Shown: in pieces, positions 8,180-16,258 of the stretch
Layout of the letters: every line of letters begins with the position of its first letter
Position numbering within the stretch: the first letter of the stretch is position 1
Origin: a virus
Taxonomy: Duplodnaviria; Caudoviricetes
IMG/VR virus record: IMGVR_UViG_3300045594_000145
Location: 44,946-108,945 of that record
DNA length: 64,000 bases
Strand: one strand, 5' to 3'
The notes under the pieces: model-generated
What the model saw: only the letters and a program-made list of their open reading frames with translations
Databases searched by the model: none
Told to the model about the DNA's origin: nothing
Translations under genes and position numbers: made by a program

Positions 8180-8470
8180 TTAGTTGTCGGCCTTCAAATT
8201 ATAAATAGGATATAAGTGATCAAGAACCTCCGCAGTAGGCGCGATTAATTCTTCAATCTCTGCGGCGTCCTTATAGGCATCTGGGGCTTCGTCTAAAGTA
8301 TTGGCAGAAACAGAGGTAGTAACAATATCTTCCATCTGCTCCTTATAGGCATTGAGATCAATTGTTGCCTTAGCAACTGTTCTACTCATTGCGCGACCCG
8401 CGCCATGTGGGGCTGAGCAGTTCCATTCTTCATTCCCTAGACCCCTACAAATTAGAGTGCCGGCGCGCAT
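8180..8470 (-). pseudogene. rtcB: C-terminal remnant of RtcB RNA ligase
   Basis: SAPHGAGRxMSR and DEAPxAYK motifs; only 96 aa; in-frame TAA two codons upstream of the Met. Confidence 0.8.
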
Positions 8471-8757
8471 ATCTTACAAGAACTGCATTTCGTCCCTTGA
8501 TTGCCTTTTGTTTCTTGCTTAGTGGGCTCTAACACTCTTTCGTCAAAATACCAGTCCGTTACATCAAGAAAATAATCTGCATTACCATCAACGCCACCAC
8601 ACTTTTTAGTAACAGTGTGAACTGTATTACAGAAATCTGCCATTTGTCTACAGAAACCTGTATTTCCTTTAAGGTTTCCACACTCGTCTACTCCAAATTC
8701 TTTTTCCATACTCTCCCAACTTCTAACTCTAACCTTGTCACCTACTTTGAATTTCAT
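8452..8757 (-). CDS. MKFKVGDKVRV-type (SH3/KOW-like) phage protein, paralog of 20743-21255
   Basis: Shared MKFKVGDKVxVRSWExMxxEFGxD...MxDFCxT. Confidence 0.75.
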   Translation of the reverse strand: MKFKVGDKVRVRSWESMEKEFGVDECGNLKGNTGFCRQMADFCNTVHTVTKKCGGVDGNADYFLDVTDWYFDERVLEPTKQETKGNQGTKCSSCKICAPAL

Positions 8758-8835
8758 AATATTCTCCTCTTTAATTAAATCTGAAAATTCAATAATTTCA
8801 AAACCTTCCTAAAGTGAGTACACTGGCGACATCTA

Positions 8836-9294
8836 CTAATTCCGCTTTTTTTCGAAATACCAACTATTGGCTGCAAATATTTTCTGTGCGCGGACTTTTT
8901 TGATTCTATCTAAAGAGGTATTAATAATATCGTAATCAGAACTAAGACTACCATCTACTTTATCAGACGGACTCAACGTAATCATCTGACACTTATTTGG
9001 TAAGATTGATTGAATAAAATTTTCCGCATCATCAATAAAGAATAATACGTTTTCTTCCTTAAGTGCCTTATTTAAAGGTTCTTCTCCATAGAGTTGCCGC
9101 ATTAAAGTTTCTGCTAATAATGGTTTATTTTGAAATGGCATAGATAACTCTCTAGCCTTGGCTTCAATCGAATTTCTATTCATTGAATTTGTACAAATTA
9201 AATAGCAATTATAACCTTCCTTTTGTTTCTGGAATATTTCGTAAATCATTTCGGTTGTTTTGCCAGTTCCTCTTGGCGCATAAATTATCTTCAT
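8836..9294 (-). CDS. small P-loop NTPase
   Basis: Walker A APRGTGKTT, Walker B FFIDDAE. Confidence 0.7.
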   Translation of the reverse strand: MKIIYAPRGTGKTTEMIYEIFQKQKEGYNCYLICTNSMNRNSIEAKARELSMPFQNKPLLAETLMRQLYGEEPLNKALKEENVLFFIDDAENFIQSILPNKCQMITLSPSDKVDGSLSSDYDIINTSLDRIKKVRAQKIFAANSWYFEKKRN

Positions 9295-9556
9295 ATTATA
9301 TTACTTCCTTTTCTGATTTTTTACTAATAGACTTTAAGTAAGAAGAAATTTGTTCTTCCTCTTCTGCGGTTGGATTCTTAAATTGTACTGCTCTTTATAA
9401 AGTTCTGGAAGTGGCATCTCCTTTCAACAAAGTATGACTTTAAATAGTGCTATGACTAAAAGTGTTATAGCAATGATAAGTAAACCTAAACTATAAGCTG
9501 CTAATGCGGTTAGACAATGCTCGATTGAGAAAATTTTCTTTAGCCTGCTGATGAAA

Positions 9557-9994
9557 TTATTCATATTTGTTCTCTTCGTTCAAATCTTCAGTAGAGTTCC
9601 AAAAAGTTCTTGCAACTCCACTATTAACTACGTCTGCAATAATTCCGTCCATAATCCCATCATAGGCATATTGCGCAACCATCCTTGACATGTATCCTTC
9701 ACCTTCGCGGATATCGCGCCAGTTGAGATCAAGGTTATAGCAAGCTTCGGCAAGAAGTTCAAAGTTCCCAAAAAGACGCGCCGCACCAGTCATGTTGTCA
9801 TCTACTTCTCCGACAATGGCATCTTCCTCTTGCATATCTTCACAGACGTAATTCACAAACTCTACAAAAGTATCAAAATAAGTAAAATCAGTTCCCTCAT
9901 AAAGCCACTTATATGCGGCGGCCTTTACTTCCTTATGATAGTCAAAAACATTGTTGGTTGATAACAGAAGCGTTGAACACTTATTCTTTTTCAT
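9557..9994 (-). CDS. acidic helical hypothetical protein (distantly similar to 7649-8014)
   Basis: Own promoter and RBS; FDY...DxIxG...NxxLLxEA...QY pattern. Confidence 0.75.
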   Translation of the reverse strand: MKKNKCSTLLLSTNNVFDYHKEVKAAAYKWLYEGTDFTYFDTFVEFVNYVCEDMQEEDAIVGEVDDNMTGAARLFGNFELLAEACYNLDLNWRDIREGEGYMSRMVAQYAYDGIMDGIIADVVNSGVARTFWNSTEDLNEENKYE

Positions 9995-10073
9995 AAGATG
10001 TAATTCCTTCCTTTTATATATTAATTATAACATAAAAAGCCGCAGAGGTCAACAAAAATCTGCGGCAACCACA

Positions 10074-10343
10074 TTAGAGGGTTCTAATCGGTAACCTTGA
10101 GAAATACCTAGAGCAGTGCATCGATCTGAAGTGTAACTCTAACCATTCCTCTGATGGCTCCTGTTGAAAATCAAAGAAGAAGGTGCGGTTATCCCTGTGG
10201 TCTATCAAATATAAGATATATGGGTAAATACCTGAAGGATATTTCCGCAAAATAAAATGACACCATTCTCCCTCGAAGTCATCTATCATAGGGAACGACT
10301 CAAAATCTTCGCCCTCTGGCTTATCAACTGTGTATACTTTCAT
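10074..10343 (-). CDS. hypothetical protein (paralog of 6121-6417)
   Basis: Shared HFRSxHCSR motif. Confidence 0.8.
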   Translation of the reverse strand: MKVYTVDKPEGEDFESFPMIDDFEGEWCHFILRKYPSGIYPYILYLIDHRDNRTFFFDFQQEPSEEWLELHFRSMHCSRYFSRLPIRTL

Positions 10344-10629
10344 CTGGCAGTATCCTTCCCCAAACTACCCAGTTCCAATCTAGTCCTAAGCAGTTCGCAT
10401 CAGCAGTGGTTTGAATGCGGTCATAGTCAATCAAGGCGTCCTTTTCGATGAACCCCTTGGCTTCCTCGACTCTATCAAAATAGAACATTGACCGTACATA
10501 CTTCCCATTCATCAACTTGAAGCAGTAATAGCACTTCTCTGGCTCGCCACTGATGGCACAAAGGTCATAGCGATATATACCATCTTCAGAGAGCCACTGG
10601 TCTTTGCTTCGTATTTTCTTAAATCTCAT
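10324..10629 (-). CDS. hypothetical protein
   Basis: ATGA overlap with the upstream gene. Confidence 0.65.
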   Translation of the reverse strand: MRFKKIRSKDQWLSEDGIYRYDLCAISGEPEKCYYCFKLMNGKYVRSMFYFDRVEEAKGFIEKDALIDYDRIQTTADANCLGLDWNWVVWGRILPDESIHS

Positions 10630-11066
10630 AGAGTCTCAATCTCCCAAACGTTCCTATCCGCAGGTTTACTGATATAGATGTTCCCATTATCCTTACAGTT
10701 TTCCGCACTAAAGGTAAGCATAGTGAATTGTGAATTATGTCTTCCTTCCCTATACCCGACAGCAAGACTCAGATCGCGGCCTTTTCTTTCTACCATAACT
10801 CTAATAGAAGTTACCAGAATGAAGTCTCCAGTGAGTAAATCGTCTGCTAACCATTGGTCACTTGTTTCAAATTCTGCCTGTTCATCTGCCGTCGAGATAG
10901 TTGCCTCAAAGAAATCTTCTGAAGACAGCTCTGCGTTCCCTAAACTTGAGAGTGTTACCGTTATGCCCTGTTGCGGCATTCCATCTTCCTGCTCAGTTTT
11001 CTGGATTTTGAGAGTGCAAAACCCATAGAAATTCTTTTCAATATTTACATCAACACTGTTTTTCAT
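10626..11066 (-). CDS. hypothetical protein
   Basis: Promoter and AAGGAG RBS upstream. Confidence 0.7.
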   Translation of the reverse strand: MKNSVDVNIEKNFYGFCTLKIQKTEQEDGMPQQGITVTLSSLGNAELSSEDFFEATISTADEQAEFETSDQWLADDLLTGDFILVTSIRVMVERKGRDLSLAVGYREGRHNSQFTMLTFSAENCKDNGNIYISKPADRNVWEIETL

Positions 11067-11128
11067 AGTTTTATCTCCTTCTATTATATTATATCATAGT
11101 GCGCGCAAAGTGTCAATAAGCACATTTT

Positions 11129-11157
11129 TTGACAATTTTTAAAAAATATGCTATAAT
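11129..11157 (+). promoter_or_regulatory. sigmaA-type promoter (divergent from a minus-strand promoter at ~11088-11116)
   Basis: TTGACA-17-TATAAT exact, with TG extension. Confidence 0.85.
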
Positions 11158-11194
11158 TAGTATGTAAGAGAGGAAAAGGAGCTTAAAAACTAAC

Positions 11195-11746
11195 ATGGGA
11201 CTAAATTTATCGCAAACTGAACGTTTGCTTTCATATAAAGTGATACTGGGATACTTCAGACACCAAAGAGTAGCAGATTATATAGGTGTCGACAGAGGAG
11301 TCATCCACAATGTGCGGCGTCACGCAGATTTAACAGAAGAAGAATTGAAGGACTTGGAATCAACTATGTACTTCAATCTCTATCCGAATGAGGTTAATGC
11401 CCTCCTCGACCTCATGGAAATGCTCCAAGTGCATGCAGAGGAGTTAACTAATAAAGATTTAACAGATGCGGAACGTGAGGCGCATATGAAAGTCCTCATG
11501 TACTACCTAAGACCTACACTAGTTGGTCGTATGGCAGGTGTCTCCGAATCTGATATTCACAATCGGCTTACCCTTTTTAGAAGGAAGCCTCGGATCAGCG
11601 TTTACAAACAGGTTCAAGAGATATTACTTGCTGATTTCTTCCCGCTAAAAGAGTGCCTTAAAGAAGAGAATCTTTCAGAAGAAGCTCTTGAGCAATTTAG
11701 GAAGCTTGACGGCAAGGAACGTTTCAAACAAGTAAGACTCCGCTAA
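11195..11746 (+). CDS. putative transcription regulator with duplicated HTH-like repeat
   Basis: Internal repeat KVILGYFRHQRVADYIGVDRGVIHN / KVLMYYLRPTLVGRMAGVSESDIHN. Confidence 0.65.
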   Translation: MGLNLSQTERLLSYKVILGYFRHQRVADYIGVDRGVIHNVRRHADLTEEELKDLESTMYFNLYPNEVNALLDLMEMLQVHAEELTNKDLTDAEREAHMKVLMYYLRPTLVGRMAGVSESDIHNRLTLFRRKPRISVYKQVQEILLADFFPLKECLKEENLSEEALEQFRKLDGKERFKQVRLR

Positions 11747-11752
11747 ATCTCC

Positions 11753-12406
11753 TTAGCAGTTTGCTTCATCTGCTTCATCACAGAGCTGCTCCTCTCCCTC
11801 AGCATTAAACAAACCTACATAGTCTTTATCAAATAGACCATCCACTCCGCCGTAATCAATAAATACAATTCGACCGTCATAAATACCAATATTTCCGTCA
11901 TGGGCATCTTTAAGTAAAAAGATATAAAGGTCCCCATTTTCAGCCCACATTTTAGACATTCCGTCTAAAAAGTTACTCACCATAGCATTTACATCTTCAG
12001 CAGACATTCCGAGTTCAGCGGCATTGTAGAGAGAAGTTTTAACAACTTCCTTCAATTCATATTTCCAGCCATCAGCAAAAGCATTTTCGTGAGACTCAGA
12101 GATCTGATTAGTTCTGCTCACATAGGAATTATCTTCTTCCTTGCTATTAGGATAATATCCTTTGCAAGTTGCGCGAGCCATCTTAATGCACTCATAATCG
12201 CTATGCTGTAGGTCAATAGGACATAACACATTATACTTAGATCCGAATTCGTTGAAAATACCAAGCTCATTGAGATTGGTGTAGAGAATATCGAGGTTAG
12301 AAGATTCTCCACTTTCAACATTCTCAGTGTTGTAGTGCTTCTCAACATAGTCTGGGTAAATCTCAGTTCTTCTAAATAAACCATAACGTACATCTTCTGG
12401 AGTCAT
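11753..12406 (-). CDS. protein kinase-like (PKL fold) protein
   Basis: Catalytic loop DAHDGNIG followed by IVFIDYG (DFG-equivalent); AAGGAG RBS before MTPEDV. Confidence 0.6.
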   Translation of the reverse strand: MTPEDVRYGLFRRTEIYPDYVEKHYNTENVESGESSNLDILYTNLNELGIFNEFGSKYNVLCPIDLQHSDYECIKMARATCKGYYPNSKEEDNSYVSRTNQISESHENAFADGWKYELKEVVKTSLYNAAELGMSAEDVNAMVSNFLDGMSKMWAENGDLYIFLLKDAHDGNIGIYDGRIVFIDYGGVDGLFDKDYVGLFNAEGEEQLCDEADEANC

Positions 12407-12469
12407 AATTGTATTCTCCTTTTCTTTATACATATAGTATACCATAAAAGGTAAAAAACGTCAACAGAG

Positions 12470-13870
12470 AAGTTTTAGAGATCTTGATAGTATTGTTACC
12501 AAAGCACGGAGCGCAATTTCTACTAAGATGTCAACTAAGATCCCACATGACGAGTCGATCTCCTGTTCACACACTTTTCTGTCCTTCCCCCACTTTTTAT
12601 CTACTTTTCTCCCACATTTTGCAGGAAATCTTCACTTTTGGTAGCACTGTTTCTTCCGGTTTTTAGATATGATTTTAGCTTAATCGTTCATTTAGGCTCA
12701 GAAAAACGGGTAAATATCCGAAAAAGGGCAAAAGCTAAATTTAAAGCTGCTCAGAATCAGCCAAAAGCTTAATTTTCATAGTAAAAAATCGGACAAAAGA
12801 CTCCTCCGGAGAGAAAAAATTTGCTCTGTGTTTCGTCGGCAAGGCTCTATGCTTTTAGCTTATCTTAAAGTGCGCGCACGCCCATCATTGGGTTCAATTC
12901 TTCAGTCATTATTCCACTATTTGCGGCTAGACATTCCCTAATTTTTGTCTAAAAAGTCAGGTTTCCCCCATATTTGGTCGAGTTTCTTACATTTTCCCCA
13001 CAATTTCATCGAGTTTCCTACAATTTTCTCATCCTTCCATCCTATTTCTTCTAAAAACTGCCTATCCCGCAACGTCTTTTTTCTATTACTGCCAATTATG
13101 TGATTTTTATAGCTTTTTCCCTTGTTTTTTCACATATTTATGCTAATAGAGCAAATTAAATTTTTCCCTCTACTCTCCCAAAGGAAGGGGCAAAAAGCGC
13201 TTTCTTATTCAGCTAGAATTCAGCGAAAAGCTTGATTTTTGAGTCAAAAAATATGACAAAACAACTTTCGGAGAGAAAATTTTGTCCTGTGTAATGTCAG
13301 AAGAACATTATGCTTTTAGCTGGTTGAAAATCCTGCGCAAAGAGTGCGGCCAGGTATGTCAGGATGCGCCGCATTTCAATAAAAACACCTGTGATATAGC
13401 TTTAAATTTTTTTTACGGGTATTTACTCGAAAAATGGAAAAACGCTTTTTTAAAGCGCTAAATAGGAAGCAAAAAGCTTGTTTTTTGAGTCAAAAATCAT
13501 GACAAAAGACTGCCCGGAGAGGAAAATTTTAGTTAAAAATCTGACACAGGAGTACACCCAATTTTTGATTTTAGAAGATATTGCGCGATGGACACTTTCT
13601 AAAATTTGTCTACCATTTGAAGTCTCACTAGTCCGCCATTTCGGGTTGGACTTTTTTGCCGTTTCAGTGGTCAAGATTTCCTTGACAAGTGGCCGACATG
13701 CGCGTAAAATTGTCGCGTTTGACGGGACACTGTATCTCTTAGTTGCGCCGCAGTTTATAATTTACTCCAAAAATTTTGTGTACCATTTTCAGAATACAGA
13801 ATTTTTTTAAGCTTTTTGCACAAAAAAAAATTGTGTACTCATTTCAGAATACAGAAATTTTTCCAGCTAT
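12470..13870. repeat. 1.4 kb non-coding block with three degenerate ~150-bp repeats and a 55-bp-period tandem repeat
   Basis: AAAAGCTT..GACAAAA..CGGAGAG(G)AAAA at 12807, 13269 and 13515; TATGCTTTTAGCT at 12848 and 13309; TTTCAGAATACAGAA at 13787 and 13842. Confidence 0.75.
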
Positions 13871-13879
13871 GGGCGCAAT

Positions 13880-13906
13880 AAAAAAGAGAAGCCGCAAGGC
13901 TTCTCT
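13880..13906 (-). terminator. intrinsic terminator
   Basis: AGAGAAGCC-TTGC-GGCTTCTCT followed by a U-tract on the minus strand. Confidence 0.8.
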
Positions 13907-13918
13907 CTAGGTCAACTA

Positions 13919-14212
13919 TTAGAACCAGAATGGAAAATTGAAAATTGAATCAAAGATATCGGTTGGCTTGTCATCAATGCGCGTCTCAACAGAGAACCAG
14001 GTGCCGTAATCCTTGATGAACTGATTCTTCAATTCATTGTAGTGATCGATTGCGTCTTCAGCAGACTTCTGCGCCTTCTCAACCTCAGCCGCACGCGCCT
14101 TCTTTTCTGCGTTCTTCTTCTTTGTGAGTTCTGCGCTCTTGGCTGCTTCTACTTCAGCCTTCTTTGCATCCTCGATGTTGTCAAATGTCTTTGTTCCTAC
14201 TAAATACTTCAT
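13919..14212 (-). CDS. Ala/Lys/Glu-rich coiled-coil hypothetical protein
   Basis: AAGGAG RBS before MKYLVG; high-expression codon bias. Confidence 0.8.
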   Translation of the reverse strand: MKYLVGTKTFDNIEDAKKAEVEAAKSAELTKKKNAEKKARAAEVEKAQKSAEDAIDHYNELKNQFIKDYGTWFSVETRIDDKPTDIFDSIFNFPFWF

Positions 14213-14229
14213 GTGTTTTCTCCTTTGCG

Positions 14230-15660
14230 GCCCTTGCTGCCGTCTTACTACTGCGTCTATCACGCAGGAAAAACCTGCCGAAGCAGGTTGTATGCGTAAA
14301 TGATATATACGTAGAATTATCCCAGTGGATTATCATTTACGACTAGAGAATTGGTTCTTCTACTTCGGCGGCGAACCGCTTCCTTGAATTAGTAGACTGC
14401 GCCGCATAGAGGCTTCTCTTATGCAGTCCTAATCAAATCATAATACACATACTTCTCAGGTATGCCGAGGCTTATTTGCACTGGTCATGACTCCACGCTT
14501 ATTCGCCATTTCTGCCGCAACCTACTTTCATCGCGATGTCCAGTAAGTTCTTTTGGTGTAACCATCCTAACAGTAAGGACTGGTAAGATTTGATTGTGAT
14601 AGATTTAGTTCTCTCGCCCAAGAGCAAGTCCAGCCGCACCCCGTGGAGGTATCTAACTTGCGGCCACCCGCTTATCTTATTGAAAGCGGTAGAAAGTCAG
14701 TTTTGCTCTTTGAAAAGCTAAGTCAACCTGCCGCCGCAGGATTTAAAGCGTACGCAACTCTTCTTTTTGGTTAAGAGAGGTATTGACGAGAGAACCGCCC
14801 CACGTCTGGGGACTTAGTGGCTTAAGCTTTGACTTCGTACAGTGCTACACTAACTGAAGTCTAGGCGTTAGTATGTCATTACATTGCAGTAATGGATACT
14901 TAATCCTTGTATTTTGGGTACGTCTGGAATCGAACCAAAACCTTCTCCCCATACAAGAGGAGATGCACAGCCACGCACTGTATACCGTCAGGGTCTTTCA
15001 CCAAAGGATTATTTGTAGAACTTTGTTTAGTCTGGAGCTACCAAATTGTCCACTCTCGCCACGGGGAGGCGTCTACTATGAGAGCATATAGATTGCGCGG
15101 TTACTTACTTGGGCGCGCCAATGAACCGTCTGCCGCAATCTTGATGTATTAGTTGGATATCCAGACACGCCACGAGGAGGCTACATCATGTGTCCATCCC
15201 CTTGCCTAGGAGCTACCTAGACAGGAGTTATATGCTTTCCCTAAGCAGGGGCCGAAGCCCAAGGGGTTAGTTCGCGTGGGAAACTACCAAGGTGCTAAAT
15301 CCGATCGGTTGCGCGCAATTTTCCTGACACTCTTTAGACTCGCGAGGAAAATTTCTAATTCTACGAGCAAGCTTTTCTCTTCTTTATACTTGGTGAGCGT
15401 TCATCCAAGCGGCGTTTACTTCTTTATCCTCGCATAAACACCAAAACGCGAGTCGGCCGCAGGCCGTTTATCCTTTAATTTTACCACTAGAGAAGTAGGA
15501 ATATGGGTATGTTCACTCGCGGAACATACAAGTAGCGCTTTGCTCTAATCACGGGATAGAGGTACGAGATCGGCAGTTCCTGTTTACCGCAAAGGTGGAG
15601 GTTTAGGGGTGCGTGAACCTGTTTCTTTCAATTATAACGCCCGAAGTTCTAAGAGGCAGC
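14230..15660 (-). ncRNA. candidate giant structured ncRNA with embedded tRNA-like domain
   Basis: ORF-free, GC-enriched, many nested long-range helices, minus-strand UUCG/GNRA loops (see findings). Confidence 0.65.
14915..14987 (-). tRNA. degenerate tRNA-like domain (pseudo-tRNA)
   Basis: GGTAT/GTACC acceptor, GTGC/GCAT D-stem with GG loop, TTTGG-TTCGATT-CCAGA T-arm; abnormal anticodon loop (CTTGTAT). Confidence 0.55.
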
Positions 15661-15663
15661 TTA

Positions 15664-15993
15664 TTACTTATTAGCTTTATAATTCTTCCAGAAATCGGAG
15701 TTGACTATAAAGTTATTCATATGGAGATAGAAGTTATCACTATAACCGGTTGCCGCATTAGTCATGTGATACTGATCAAACCATGCTTCTTCACTGTAAC
15801 CATTTGCTCTATCGTGGAAAGTAACACGATACACTGAATTGACGCCACTGTGGTCTTCATACCTATTATCGTATCTTTCATGGATAACCGCGTAGAAGCG
15901 ACCTTTGTAAACGTCCTTTTCTATTTGTTTATTCATGTGACGAACAGCAGTTCTAGCGCGTCTTTTATTCGCTCTTACTTTTTTGTCTATCAT
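15664..15993 (-). CDS. hypothetical protein with Arg/Lys-rich N-terminus
   Basis: MIDKKVRANKRRARTAVRHMNK; GAGGGAG RBS; promoter at 16019-16047. Confidence 0.8.
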   Translation of the reverse strand: MIDKKVRANKRRARTAVRHMNKQIEKDVYKGRFYAVIHERYDNRYEDHSGVNSVYRVTFHDRANGYSEEAWFDQYHMTNAATGYSDNFYLHMNNFIVNSDFWKNYKANK

Positions 15994-16018
15994 GTTAACT
16001 CCCTCACTTTCTATATAT

Positions 16019-16047
16019 ATTATATCATAGATTTTGAAGATTGTCAA
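16019..16047 (-). promoter_or_regulatory. sigmaA-type promoter for the protein + ncRNA unit
   Basis: TTGACA-17-TATAAT exact, with TG extension. Confidence 0.85.
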
Positions 16048-16049
16048 GC

Positions 16050-16256
16050 AGATGTTTGATGATTCTCAGTAGAAGAGCAGTTGCGCCGCGAGCAGGCGAT
16101 CATCATGCAACCATATGGGGAGCCGTCTGGCAAACGACTCCCAGCAAAAGAGAGAGTATACAAACGAACTTTTAGAACCCGAAGGGGTAGCCGCATTGCC
16201 ACGTCAAGGCAAGTTCGATAATGCGGGAGTCAATGCCCCGAAGGGCATCGACCGAT
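16050..16256 (-). ncRNA. candidate structured RNA (3' of the wHTH gene)
   Basis: Two C-UUCG-G hairpins plus CGAACTT/AAGTTCG, GGGAGTCGT/ACGGCTCCC and TGATGAT/ATCATCA stems. Confidence 0.45.
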
Positions 16257-16258
16257 AA

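Noticed and set aside
12700-13860. CRISPR array
   Set aside because: Repeats are long, degenerate and irregularly spaced; no constant repeat-spacer period and no cas genes in the window.
14704-14718. boxA-like TGCTCTTTGAAAAG on the plus strand
   Set aside because: It is opposite to the likely transcription direction and is explained as one arm of a helix.
14873-15152. Two short plus-strand ORFs in the structured block
   Set aside because: No RBS, no promoter, atypical composition, antisense to the unit.
14230-15660. Group I/II intron, RNase P or tmRNA
   Set aside because: Flanking genes are complete with their own stop and RBS. I could not find group I P7, group II domain V, RNase P GAGGAAAGTCC or tmRNA termini by eye; a covariance search is still needed.
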